Origin: an uncultured Thermoplasmata archaeon
GTDB taxonomy: Archaea; Thermoplasmatota; Thermoplasmata; RBG-16-68-12
Length of the DNA: 64,000 nucleotides
Assembly: GCA_963768855.1 (NCBI GenBank)
Contig: CAVYJM010000011.1
Location: forward strand, 32,001 to 96,000
Direction of reading: 5' to 3'
A program made the position numbers and the translations under genes. The notes below the pieces were generated by a model. It was not told the DNA's origin. It did not search any database and saw only the letters and a list, made by a program, of their open reading frames with translations. Positions 38,676 through 48,257 of this stretch are shown here, one piece after another. Each line of letters opens with the position of its first letter. Position 1 is the first letter of the stretch.

Positions 38676-40774
38676 TGAGTCCCACGCAGGAGTGCGCGTA
38701 GCCGCTCCGGATCCGCGGTCGGCGGCGAGCACGCGGTCCCCTGGCACACGAAGGCCACCGGCCCCGCCCTCGCTTCCGCCGTCTTGCGCATGTGGTCCAC
38801 CGCATCCGGCACATACGAGTCGTCCTTTTCCGCGAGCAGGAGACTTTTCCCCGGGGCGTAGGTCTCCCGGGCCGAGGACAGCAGCGAACGGGTCCGCGGG
38901 TCCTCCGACGCCCCGAGGATGACGATCTCGGCCCGAGGATGCAGCCACAGTTCCGCCGCCAGGAAGTAGGTGCCGCAGAAGATGGGACCGTAGCGAGCCG
39001 CCTCGCCCGCGGATGCCAGGATGACTTGGTCGTGGTGCAGGCGGTAGTCGTCGTTCCCGGTGAGCGCGTGCAGGCGCTGCAGGCAGAGCGCCGCCACGGG
39101 GTTGGCCCCAGCGTAGGGGGAATCCTCGAGCGGGCGGCGTCGGATCTCCGTGAGGCTGAGTTCATTCCCCTCGTGGAGTTCTTTCGCCAGGTCAACGAAG
39201 CCCTTGCGCTCCTGATCCCAGAAATGCTTCAGGGTGAACGCCATGACCTCGTCGGCCCGCCGCAACCAAGTCGGGTCTCCGGTTGCCGTGTGCGCGGTGA
39301 GGAAGGCGTCGACCATGAACACGTGGTCCTCGAGAAGCCCTCGGATCTTGCGCTTGTCATCTGCAAGCGCGTGCCACATGCCATAGTCCGATGTCCAGAG
39401 CTGCTTCCAGAGGCGGTTCAGGGTCTTCAGAGCGAATGCCGTCACCGCGCCGCGGTCGAAGGCCATCCCGGCCTCGAGGGCGGCGGCCGCCATCATCCCG
39501 TTCCACGACGCATAGATCGTCCGGTCGACGGCGGGGGCCTCCCGTTGGATTCGCGCCGCCTTGAGATGCGCGAGGCCGTTCGCAAGGAGGATCTTCACCC
39601 GGTCCAACGGCAAGGAGAGCTTCTCGGAGATCTCCTCCAGCGTCGCGGCGACATACAGGACGTTCTTCTTCGGGTTGTGATGCATCTCTCCCTTCTCGCC
39701 TATGTCGAATCGGAGCGCGAGGACGCGCGTCTCATCGGCCGCGAGCGCGGCCTTCAGTTCCTCGAGGGTCCACGTGAAGTAGTCTCCGTCATCGTCCAGC
39801 CCGACGTCCGCATCCTGGCTCGTGTAGTATCCGCCACGCTTTCGGTCGGAGAGGACTTCCTCGAGCCATGACAGGATGCCCTCCGCGGTCTCCCGGAAGA
39901 GCGGGACCCGTGTCAGCTGCCAGGCGTGGACGTAGTTCGTGAGCAGGCCGGCGTTGTCGTATAGCATCTTCTCGAAGTGCGGCACGATCCACTGGCCGTC
40001 CGTCGAGTAGCGGTGGAACCCGCCGGCTACCTGATCATACACACCGCCCTGGGCCATGGCCGTGAGGGTGCGGACCGCAATGTCCTTGAGCCCCGTCGAT
40101 CCCGTGCGATGGACGTCCGCCAGGAGGAACTCGATGGCCCCCGCATGGGGGAACTTCGGCGCGGATCCGAAGCCGCCGTTCACGGGGTCGTGCTCCCCCC
40201 GCAGCGCGTCGACGCCCTCCTTGAGGAAGGCGTCGTTGACGACGGCCTCGTCCATCACGGACGCGCGTCGCTCCGCGAGCGCCTGGTGCAGGGACTCCGC
40301 GTCCCGCATCGCCTCGCCCTTGTTCTCGTGGTAGTGCTTCGCGACGGCCTTGAGTACGTGCTCGAAGCTCGGGCGGTTGTATGCGTCCTTCGGCGGGAAG
40401 TAGGTGCCTCCGTAGAAGACCTTGCCCTCAGGAGTGAGGAAGGCGGTGAGCGGCCAGCCGCCCGATCCCGTGAGCGAGCCGACGGCCTGCTGGTATCTCG
40501 CGTCGACGTCGGGCCGCTCGTCCCGGTCCACCTTGACCGCGATGAATTCCTCGTTGATGATCTGGGCGAGCCTCGGGTCCTCGTAGGACTCGCGGTCGAT
40601 GACGTGGCACCAGTGGCACCACGACGCCCCGATGTCGAGGAGGACCGGGCGGTCGAGTTCCTTCGCCTTGTGGAACGCTTCCTCGCCCCAGGGGTGCCAG
40701 TCCACGGGCTGATGCGCCGCGCTCCGGAGGTACGTGGACGTCTCCTTCGCGAGACGATTCGCCTTTTCCGGCAT
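38672..40774 (-). CDS. YyaL/SPATA20-like thioredoxin-domain protein (DUF255)
   Basis: [61 protein letters not shown]. Confidence 0.94.
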   Translation of the reverse strand: MPEKANRLAKETSTYLRSAAHQPVDWHPWGEEAFHKAKELDRPVLLDIGASWCHWCHVIDRESYEDPRLAQIINEEFIAVKVDRDERPDVDARYQQAVGSLTGSGGWPLTAFLTPEGKVFYGGTYFPPKDAYNRPSFEHVLKAVAKHYHENKGEAMRDAESLHQALAERRASVMDEAVVNDAFLKEGVDALRGEHDPVNGGFGSAPKFPHAGAIEFLLADVHRTGSTGLKDIAVRTLTAMAQGGVYDQVAGGFHRYSTDGQWIVPHFEKMLYDNAGLLTNYVHAWQLTRVPLFRETAEGILSWLEEVLSDRKRGGYYTSQDADVGLDDDGDYFTWTLEELKAALAADETRVLALRFDIGEKGEMHHNPKKNVLYVAATLEEISEKLSLPLDRVKILLANGLAHLKAARIQREAPAVDRTIYASWNGMMAAAALEAGMAFDRGAVTAFALKTLNRLWKQLWTSDYGMWHALADDKRKIRGLLEDHVFMVDAFLTAHTATGDPTWLRRADEVMAFTLKHFWDQERKGFVDLAKELHEGNELSLTEIRRRPLEDSPYAGANPVAALCLQRLHALTGNDDYRLHHDQVILASAGEAARYGPIFCGTYFLAAELWLHPRAEIVILGASEDPRTRSLLSSARETYAPGKSLLLAEKDDSYVPDAVDHMRKTAEARAGPVAFVCQGTACSPPTADPERLRALLRGTH

Positions 40775-40802
40775 GGATGTGGGAGCCTAACGGGGTTGCA
40801 GG

Positions 40803-41126
40803 TTAAGGCGTTTCGCCGAGAGTCGCGCCCAGCTTCGCCATGTCCACCTCGTACGTGTGGAGTTCGGGAGGAAGTCTCTCCACGATGGGGGCCATGGGTT
40901 CCAGACCCTTTCGGAATCGCGGGTCCTTCCCGTTGGCTTCCATCGCCTCGCGGCTCTCGAAGATCACGAAACTCAGGCTGGCGTCAGGGTCCTCGACCGA
41001 GTCGAGCCAGATCGCGCCGACGACCCCCGGGAAGGAGAACATGTCCCCCGTCTCATCCCGCAGTCTCTTGCCTTTCTCTCGCTGTCCCGGCTTGAACTTC
41101 GAATATGCCACGCGCGCGACCGCCAT
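40803..41126 (-). CDS. Hypothetical protein, ABM-like dimeric alpha/beta barrel
   Basis: Size and pattern (FKPGQRE..., VIFESREAMEA); ATG at 41126. Confidence 0.6.
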   Translation of the reverse strand: MAVARVAYSKFKPGQREKGKRLRDETGDMFSFPGVVGAIWLDSVEDPDASLSFVIFESREAMEANGKDPRFRKGLEPMAPIVERLPPELHTYEVDMAKLGATLGETP

Positions 41127-41218
41127 CGCATTCCCGACCCCGGGGACTTTTTCCGGGTTTCTTAAGGCTTCGCCCCCACCGAAGCCCTGATAGCCGGGAA
41201 GCGGTTGGCGCACCGGCC

Positions 41219-41815
41219 ATGGAAGGAGTCGTTGCGTTCGCGGCGGCTTTGGGCCTCGTCGCTCTCCTCGAACTCGGAGACAAGACGCAGCTCGTGACGA
41301 TCTCGCTGGCGACGCGCCATCCGTGGGCGGAGGTCCTCGCGGGCGCGATCGTGGGCCTCGTGGCCGCCACCGCCGTCGGTGCGGTCGTTGGGGGTCTCCT
41401 GGCGACAGCGCTCGGGTCGTGGCTCACGTACATCAAGATTGCGGGCGGCGCCCTCTTCATCGTCATCGGTGCGTGGACGATTCTGCAGGCCGTGCGCCGT
41501 CCCGTTCACGAGGAGCCGCAGGAAGCCGTGAAGGAGCGGCGGAGCGCATTCATGACCGCAGCGAGCTTCAGCTTCCTCGCCGAGTTCGGGGACAAGACCC
41601 AGCTGGCCGTCATCATCCTAGCCGCGACCTATGATGCGCCGATCTCCGTATTCCTCGGAGGGAGCGCCGGATTGAGCCTGATCGCCGTATCCAGCATCGT
41701 CATCGGGGCAGGGCTCTCCCGCATCCTGTCGGAGAAGTGGCTCCGGCTCATTTCGTCCGCGCTGTTCATCATCGCCGGCGTCCTCCTGATCATCGAGGCC
41801 GTCCTCGAGCTCTGA
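41219..41815 (+). CDS. TMEM165/GDT1 (UPF0016) Mn2+/Ca2+ transporter
   Basis: Two E[LF]GDKTQL motifs. Confidence 0.95.
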   Translation: MEGVVAFAAALGLVALLELGDKTQLVTISLATRHPWAEVLAGAIVGLVAATAVGAVVGGLLATALGSWLTYIKIAGGALFIVIGAWTILQAVRRPVHEEPQEAVKERRSAFMTAASFSFLAEFGDKTQLAVIILAATYDAPISVFLGGSAGLSLIAVSSIVIGAGLSRILSEKWLRLISSALFIIAGVLLIIEAVLEL

Positions 41816-41819
41816 GCGT

Positions 41820-42671
41820 CTACGGGAAGACCTTCCTCGCGTTCACGACGAAGTACTTCTCCTTGAATGCGTTGGAGAGGGGCAGGCCCCGCATGCCCTC
41901 CACCTCCTCCCGGATGCCCGGGATTCCGGGTCCGGGCCAGTCGGAGCCGAACAGCACGCGGTCCGCGATCTTTTCAATCTGGGGGAACCACTCACGCAGG
42001 CGCGGCGGCGGGATCGAGGAGGTGTCGAGGTAGATGTTCGGGTGCGCGCGGACCAGGTAGTACGCGGCGTCGCACCAGAAGGGCCGGCCCCCATGCGCCA
42101 TGAGAATCGTCAGGTCGGGGAAGTCCGTGGCCACGTCGTCGAGCGCCATAGGGTCCCCGAACTTAGAGCGAGAGCCGGGGAATACTGAGGTGCCCGTGTG
42201 GATCATCACAGGCAGGTGGATCCGCTCCGCGGCGCGGTAGATCTTCCAGAGGTTGGGCATGCGCCCGTCGACGTACGCGTTCGACGCAAAGAGCTGGTGG
42301 GGCGGATGGATCTTCAAGCCGCGGATCTCGAGCTTGGACGCGAGGCGCTCCACTTCACCCTCGGGGTCCTTCGTGAATCGAGGGTGGACGCCGCCGAAGG
42401 CGAGCAGGCGCTTCGGGTCTTCGGAGGCGTACTTCGACACGAAGGCGTTCACGTCGAGACCGAGTCCCATCACTTCCGGGGCGGCGTAGTTGATGAGGCA
42501 TGCGCGTTCGACGCCGACCTCGTCGAGATGCTGGAGGAGGTTGCGCGGGTCCTCCATCCGCTTCGCCGTGGCATCGAAGTTCGGCATCGTCTTCCGCATC
42601 GTGTCGAAGACGGTGGGCTTCAGGTTCTTGTACGGCTCCAGGTGGACATGGACGTCGGTGATGCCGGGCAA
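41820..42671 (-). CDS. Amidohydrolase family 2 protein
   Basis: DVHVH, LKIHP, IHTG, AHGG, LFGSDWP; start uncertain (TTG 42671 assumed). Confidence 0.88.
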   Translation of the reverse strand: MPGITDVHVHLEPYKNLKPTVFDTMRKTMPNFDATAKRMEDPRNLLQHLDEVGVERACLINYAAPEVMGLGLDVNAFVSKYASEDPKRLLAFGGVHPRFTKDPEGEVERLASKLEIRGLKIHPPHQLFASNAYVDGRMPNLWKIYRAAERIHLPVMIHTGTSVFPGSRSKFGDPMALDDVATDFPDLTILMAHGGRPFWCDAAYYLVRAHPNIYLDTSSIPPPRLREWFPQIEKIADRVLFGSDWPGPGIPGIREEVEGMRGLPLSNAFKEKYFVVNARKVFP

Positions 42672-42805
42672 CAGCCGGTGGAACCCGAGACCGCGGAAAT
42701 CCTTTTCGACGGAAGTACATGCATCCTTTGGGGAGCATTTATCCTCCGGCGCGGGAATTCGCCCTGCGACCGACAGCGTGCCGGCGTCGGAGGGACGCAG
42801 ATCCC

Positions 42806-43678
42806 ATGGCCACCGAACCGGCCACAATCCATGCTGGGCTATCCAAGTCCGCGGTGTCGCTCGCGCCGGTGCACATGAGTGCGGCAGGCGTTCTCGCTAC
42901 GGCGTACGGAGTCCTCTTGGCGCTTGTTACCCAGGCCCAGTGGGCCGGGCTCACCCCGCCGGGGACCGTCATCGGCCCGGAGAGCTTCGTGCAGAGTCTC
43001 GTGCTCCGCATTGACCAGGGAATCTACCTCTGCATCCTCGGCTCTGTTCTCGCCCTTGGCGGTTGGCTTCTCTTTCGCCGCGAGAGCCGAAGTATGAACC
43101 GCGGTCCGACTCCCTTCTCGCCGCCTCGATGGCGGGCGCCGCTCCTCGCCGTCCCCGTGCTTCTGGTCCTCGTGGTCTTTGTCATCGGCATCCTCCCGAT
43201 CCCGTACCGGACCCTGTCGCTCCCCCCTGCGGATTTCGCCCTGGCCCCTGCGGGGGTCACCGGTTCAGGGGAGACCCTCGTCGTCTCGAATCCGTTCCCG
43301 GCAGACGCCGGAGAGTATTTCGACTCCATCAGCACGGTCGTCTTCCGGAACAGACTCTCTGGCGCGACGGTGTTCATGGACAACATGTCCTTCAGGTATG
43401 TCAAGGGCGTGTCGGACCCATACGGACTTCCCCAGTTCGGCTCGGGGCATGTGGCTGCCAGCGCGGGCTCTTATGTGCTCGTCGTCCGCCCCTTCGATTG
43501 CGAATACTTCACGTCGCAGGCATGCGCCAACTACACGGTCGACGCGACGGGGACGGTCTGGATTCACTCCCCTACTGTCTATCTTCCCACGCAGTACGCC
43601 CTAGGGGCCGCGGCGTGCGCGGTCGTTGTCGGCGTCGTCGTTCAATCCGGGCTCGGCAGCCGCCGGATGACCTCGTGA
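42806..43678 (+). CDS. Hypothetical membrane protein with extracellular beta-rich domain
   Basis: Three N-terminal TM segments, a beta-rich region with C-x6-C, and a C-terminal TM. Confidence 0.65.
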   Translation: MATEPATIHAGLSKSAVSLAPVHMSAAGVLATAYGVLLALVTQAQWAGLTPPGTVIGPESFVQSLVLRIDQGIYLCILGSVLALGGWLLFRRESRSMNRGPTPFSPPRWRAPLLAVPVLLVLVVFVIGILPIPYRTLSLPPADFALAPAGVTGSGETLVVSNPFPADAGEYFDSISTVVFRNRLSGATVFMDNMSFRYVKGVSDPYGLPQFGSGHVAASAGSYVLVVRPFDCEYFTSQACANYTVDATGTVWIHSPTVYLPTQYALGAAACAVVVGVVVQSGLGSRRMTS

Positions 43679-44382
43679 TAGTCGCGGTAGGGGGTCTGGC
43701 AGGGCGCGCCGTCGGCGTACAGGAGGACGTTCTCCCCCGGGTCCGCGTTGCTGAGCGCCAAGATCGTCGAGGACACGGTACCGCCTCCCATCGCGTGGTT
43801 GCACAGGCTCACGCCCCCGCCGGACGCATGCGTGCGCAGGGTGGCCTGGAGCGTGCGGACGGCATCCTTGACGGCGCGGGTCGGCGCCTTCGAGAGCAGG
43901 TCCTGCACGGCCTCGGACTTGGGGTCTCCGACGGGATTGCCGCCCTCGTTCGTCAGGAGGTTCAGGCCTTCGTGGCCGCGCGTCACGGAGAGCTGCCCGT
44001 CGTACCGGAAGAACCGCAGGTCGCGGCGGGTGGCCGCCAGGGTGGTGAAGAAGTTGTACTCGTGGGCCTGCACTTCTCGCTGCAGCAGGACGTCGAGGGC
44101 GGGGATCGTCGGCGACTTCAGGGCGTCAAGGAGGAGGAGTCCGCGGGACCTCGCACTCGTCGACGTCCTCCCGCGGCGATTCGAGAGGGCCATGAGCAGG
44201 CCGTTCCCGCTGGCGCCGATCCACGTGCCTCCCGCCTGGCGGTCGCGCGGGGCCACGATTGCCGGGTCTCCCTCGAGGAACGCGGGCGGCTCCGATGGCC
44301 GCAGGGCCGACTCGTCGCGGTTCATGCCCACGACCAGGTCGTATCCGTCCACGGCTCGCCACAGCAGGATGAGCGTGCACAT
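43642..44382 (-). CDS. NRDE/TANGO2 (DUF833) Ntn-hydrolase-like protein
   Basis: MCTL N-terminus, NRDES, GGTWIG, SNR, SRG, GTVSST. Confidence 0.92.
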   Translation of the reverse strand: MCTLILLWRAVDGYDLVVGMNRDESALRPSEPPAFLEGDPAIVAPRDRQAGGTWIGASGNGLLMALSNRRGRTSTSARSRGLLLLDALKSPTIPALDVLLQREVQAHEYNFFTTLAATRRDLRFFRYDGQLSVTRGHEGLNLLTNEGGNPVGDPKSEAVQDLLSKAPTRAVKDAVRTLQATLRTHASGGGVSLCNHAMGGGTVSSTILALSNADPGENVLLYADGAPCQTPYRDYHEVIRRLPSPD

Positions 44383-44392
44383 CGGAAATCCC

Positions 44393-45004
44393 TCACGAGG
44401 ACTGTTCGAGATCGTACGCCCGCATCTGCGCCACCCGCGCAACATCGGGCCGTCCTGCTTTCGAGGCGGAGTCCATGGCGCGCTTGTACGCCTGAATTGT
44501 CGCGGCTCTCAGGCTCGCGTCGTTCGCCTCCGCCGCCTGCTCGCTCATCGCCTCCGCGGTGTCGAAGAAGTACTTCGAGGCGGTCAGGTGGTCTCCCCGG
44601 GCCTGGAAGAACGCCCCGGCGAAGAGGCCCTCATGGGTGAGGCCTTCAGCGCCCCCGGAGAAGTTCTCCTTGAGAACCGCGGCGTACTCCTTCGCGACCT
44701 CTGTGAGCGAGGGGTCGCCCTGGAGGTTCTGGACCGCGTTGCGGTACTCGACGAGGGAGAGATACGCGCGCTCGTCCCGGGCCATCTCATCGTCCTTCAG
44801 TGTGAGATAGGCCGCGCCCGCCTTCCGTCGCCACCCGCCCCCCTCGCGGAGCCGTCCAAGCTTCTCGTTGCACCGGGCGAGCGCCTGGCAAATGCCGATG
44901 CGGTCGATGCTCGATCCGGATTCCGTGAGCTTCACGTAGTGCTCCAGGGCTTTCGCGAAGTCGCCGCGGGCCTCCGCGTCGATGGCCTCGACGAGGTCGG
45001 ACAT
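44393..45004 (-). CDS. Hypothetical alpha-helical repeat (TPR/SNAP-like) protein
   Basis: Ala/Tyr-rich helical hairpin pattern; co-oriented with the NRDE gene. Confidence 0.65.
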   Translation of the reverse strand: MSDLVEAIDAEARGDFAKALEHYVKLTESGSSIDRIGICQALARCNEKLGRLREGGGWRRKAGAAYLTLKDDEMARDERAYLSLVEYRNAVQNLQGDPSLTEVAKEYAAVLKENFSGGAEGLTHEGLFAGAFFQARGDHLTASKYFFDTAEAMSEQAAEANDASLRAATIQAYKRAMDSASKAGRPDVARVAQMRAYDLEQSS

Positions 45005-45055
45005 AGATGGAACACAACCGTGGCATCCTTATCAAAATGTGGTCCGCGGTGAACG

Positions 45056-46675
45056 TCAGGCCGCGTCCGCGTCCCAGACCTGATCCTTCTCCATCGCCCA
45101 CGCCGGGTACTCCTCGTTCCCGATGAAGTGTCTTGCGTAGAGCTCGGCGATGCGCTCGTAGCGCGGATTGCCGACCTTGGCAACTTGATGGAGCAGGGCC
45201 ACGGTGGCCGCGTCCGCGATCCGAGTCATGGCGTGCTTTGCATTCCAAGTGATTTCCTGCGTCGATCCGGTCAGCAGCATGCCGATCGCATCCTCCGCAG
45301 CCTTCCTCGCCATCCGCCCGGTCTCTCCGCCGACGGCATCCAGCTGCGGGAGCACGTCCTCGAGGAACGGCTCGTGCGCCTTCCACTTCTGGATACTCTC
45401 CAGGAAGTCGAGGGCCTGGATGTTGCTCGGTCCCTCCCAGATGGGCGTGATGAGGGCCTCGCGGTGCCACCTCGCGACCGCGTACTCCTCGAGGAACCCG
45501 AGGCCGCCGAAGAGCTCCATGGCCAGGGAGGTCATCGCGGCCGCATGTTCCGCGGTGCGGTTCTTCGCGAGGTGGATCAGGAAACGGGCGTAGTGGTACG
45601 CGCGTGAGTACGGCCTCCGTTCCTTCCACACGCGGTCGAATTGGTCCACCGCACGGAAGGCCAGAGCGAGTCCGCCGGCCGAGCGTACGGCCAGATCCGT
45701 TAGGTCGCGGCGGATCAGGGGATGCTCCTGCAGACGCTTCCCGAAGGCCTCCCGGCGCCGGACGCGCTCGAGGACCTCCAGGTGGGCCTTCTTCGCGGTG
45801 GCCATGGCGCCGATGGCGTTCGCGAGGCGCGACACGTTCAGGATTTCGAGGCTCAGGTACACCCCGTCCTCCTCGCGCTCCATGAGGTGAGCCTCGCTCC
45901 CGTTCAGGTCGACCTCGCCCGTGGGGACCGCCCGGGTGGCGCTCTTGTCCTTCAGGCGGCGGACCGTGAAGTTCAGCTTCCGGGACCGGTCGAGGCGGGG
46001 GACGAGGAAGAGGGCGAGGCCCTTGGCCCCCGCTCTCGCGCCCTCGGGCCGCGCGGTCACCAAGGCGTAGTCCGCCAGGCCTGCGCCGCTCGCGAAGTAC
46101 TTCTCCCCGGTGAGCCGCCAGACGTCGCCGTCCTTCCGGGCGACCGTGATGTTCGCCCCGAGATCGCTGCCGCCCTGGACCTCGGTCATCCAGGTGGCGC
46201 CGAACGCGTCGCCGGCCAGCATATCCTCTTTCCAGGCGGCGAAGGAGGGGGCGTACTTGTGGATGCCGTACACGGTCTGGTTTGTAATGGTCAGGACGCA
46301 ATAGAGACCTGGGTCGCCCAGCAGATAGCCCAGGGCGAAGTGGTGATGCCAGCTCCCGCCCTCGTAGGCAGGGCGGTTGATGTGCGCCGCGGCCTTGAGG
46401 ACGACGCGCTCCGCGGGACTCAGCCGAGCGCGGTCCACGCGCTGTCCGTCCAGGTCGTGCGTGACGAGGACCGGCGCCGCGTCATGGTCGACGTGGTAGA
46501 CGACCTCGTAGACGTCCTCGCCCGCGAAGGCGCCGAAACGGTGCAGCTCGTCGCGGTGCGCGGGGAAGTCCCGCCAGAAGGTCCCGAGGACCGCCGCGAG
46601 GTCCGGATCGCGGTCGAAGTGGTTCGTCCCGTACGCGTAGGAGAGCTCCCGAAAGGCGTCCCGGTCCCCCGCCAT
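45056..46675 (-). CDS. Acyl-CoA dehydrogenase (AidB-like)
   Basis: ATWMTEVQGGSDLG, LTGEKYFASG, RRLKDK, SRLANA, RREAFG, GGLGFLEEY, IWEGPSNIQ. Confidence 0.92.
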   Translation of the reverse strand: MAGDRDAFRELSYAYGTNHFDRDPDLAAVLGTFWRDFPAHRDELHRFGAFAGEDVYEVVYHVDHDAAPVLVTHDLDGQRVDRARLSPAERVVLKAAAHINRPAYEGGSWHHHFALGYLLGDPGLYCVLTITNQTVYGIHKYAPSFAAWKEDMLAGDAFGATWMTEVQGGSDLGANITVARKDGDVWRLTGEKYFASGAGLADYALVTARPEGARAGAKGLALFLVPRLDRSRKLNFTVRRLKDKSATRAVPTGEVDLNGSEAHLMEREEDGVYLSLEILNVSRLANAIGAMATAKKAHLEVLERVRRREAFGKRLQEHPLIRRDLTDLAVRSAGGLALAFRAVDQFDRVWKERRPYSRAYHYARFLIHLAKNRTAEHAAAMTSLAMELFGGLGFLEEYAVARWHREALITPIWEGPSNIQALDFLESIQKWKAHEPFLEDVLPQLDAVGGETGRMARKAAEDAIGMLLTGSTQEITWNAKHAMTRIADAATVALLHQVAKVGNPRYERIAELYARHFIGNEEYPAWAMEKDQVWDADAA

Positions 46676-46726
46676 GCGGCCCGCATGGGGGGCGGGCGAG
46701 ATATGCGTTGCGGGCTGCCGCTCCCG

Positions 46727-47053
46727 TCAGAGCTCGGCCCACTTCCCGTAGCCCTCCCAGACGCGCACGTGGGCCGGGAACTTGAGCGCCTCCCCGAGGC
46801 GTTTTGATATGAGCTCCGCGATGTTCTCGACGGTCGGGTACTCGAGGAAGGTGTTCCAGTCCTTGTGGTCGTACTCCGATAGAACGGAGCGCGTGACCTT
46901 CTTCAGCTCGGCGAAGTCGAGGAGCATGCCTCCCTTGTGCTCCCCCTCGATGAACACGTCGACTTGGTACGTGTGCCCATGGAAGGAGCCGCAGCGTTCA
47001 TGCCCGGGGAGGTGGTGCGCGCAGTCGATGTACTCCGTGATGCCGAGCTTCAT
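46727..47053 (-). CDS. queD: 6-carboxy-5,6,7,8-tetrahydropterin synthase
   Basis: CAHHL, CGSFHGHTY, DFAELK, YDH, PTVENIA, VWEG. Confidence 0.92.
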   Translation of the reverse strand: MKLGITEYIDCAHHLPGHERCGSFHGHTYQVDVFIEGEHKGGMLLDFAELKKVTRSVLSEYDHKDWNTFLEYPTVENIAELISKRLGEALKFPAHVRVWEGYGKWAEL

Positions 47054-47140
47054 GGGCGCGCCCAAGGGGTCGACGGCCATAAAGGTTGGCGGGGGGCTCC
47101 TCCCGCTGACCGCATGCCGCGGACCCGGACGACGGGTGCC

Positions 47141-47476
47141 CTAGACGGGCGTCACGGTCAGGAACTTGAGGGCGTCCGCGCCGTGCTGGACGAACTGGTG
47201 CTCCTCGTCGTCCTCGACCAGCAAGACCACGCCGGGCCGGAGCGGAATCTTCTTCCCGTCCACGATCGCGAGGCCGCGGCCCGCCGTGACGACGAGCTCG
47301 TGTTCCCACTTGTGGCGGTGCGCCACGGAATACCCGCCCTTCCCGAAGACGAGCTCGTGCACGGAGGTGTGCCGGGCGCCGTCTTCGCGGCCGACGAGCT
47401 GCCGCATCCGGACGTTGTGGCTGCCCTCTTCCAAGAAGCGGACCGGGGCGACCGACCGAACGGTGGTCGTATACAT
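47141..47476 (-). CDS. Cupin-domain protein
   Basis: HRHKWEHE and EEHQF cupin motifs. Confidence 0.9.
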   Translation of the reverse strand: MYTTTVRSVAPVRFLEEGSHNVRMRQLVGREDGARHTSVHELVFGKGGYSVAHRHKWEHELVVTAGRGLAIVDGKKIPLRPGVVLLVEDDEEHQFVQHGADALKFLTVTPV

Positions 47477-47542
47477 TGGGGGGAGAGGGGAGGCGGGAGA
47501 CCGCATTAAGCTTTCGAGCGCCACGGCGCAATCGGCCCGCGC

Positions 47543-48196
47543 TCACTTCTCGTAGGGGACGGGATCCTCGAGCCCGAGGGCCGCAAACGCCTCCCGGCGC
47601 TCTCGGCAGGAGACGCAGGTGCCGCAGTGAACGTCCCGGTCCCAGTAGCAGGACCACGTGAGGCCGAACGGCACGCCGAGGTCCCGCCCCATCCGGAGGA
47701 CGTCCGCCTTGGACTTGCTGCTCAGCGGGACGACGACCTGCACGGGCGACCGGTCGAACGACCAGAGGCTCAGATGGAACATGCTGTTCAGGAACTCGAA
47801 GAATTTCGGGCTCGCGTCCGGGAAGGATTCTGGGTCGATGCCGTTGTGGCCCCCGACGAGGTACCGCGTGCCGTCCAGCTCCGCGTAGTACGCCGCGAGG
47901 CTGTAGAAGATCAGGTTCCGGGCCGGGATGTAGCCCTCCGGAGAATCCTCCAGGACGGGGTTCGCAAGTCCGCTCGACCGCAGGTCGTCGACCTCCTTGA
48001 GGAAGGGCAGCCCGACGGTCCGGACCGGCCGCACGCCCGCCTCCTTCACGAGGCCCTCGATCGCCGTGTGCTCGCGGCGGGGACGCCCGAAGTAGTCGAA
48101 CGTGAGCGGCTGGACGTCCCAGCCCTGCTTCTTCGTCCACCAGAGGGTGACGGCGGAATCGACGCCGCCGGAGAGAAGGACGATGGCGCGGTCCAT
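47543..48196 (-). CDS. queC: 7-cyano-7-deazaguanine (preQ0) synthase
   Basis: LLSGGVDS, FDYFG, YIPARNLIF, FPD, TWSCY..HCGTCVSC. Confidence 0.93.
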   Translation of the reverse strand: MDRAIVLLSGGVDSAVTLWWTKKQGWDVQPLTFDYFGRPRREHTAIEGLVKEAGVRPVRTVGLPFLKEVDDLRSSGLANPVLEDSPEGYIPARNLIFYSLAAYYAELDGTRYLVGGHNGIDPESFPDASPKFFEFLNSMFHLSLWSFDRSPVQVVVPLSSKSKADVLRMGRDLGVPFGLTWSCYWDRDVHCGTCVSCRERREAFAALGLEDPVPYEK

Positions 48197-48257
48197 CCGG
48201 GTTCGCGAACTCACCGGCCCGGCCCTATAAGGAGTTTGTCCACATGGGGGCGGCACC

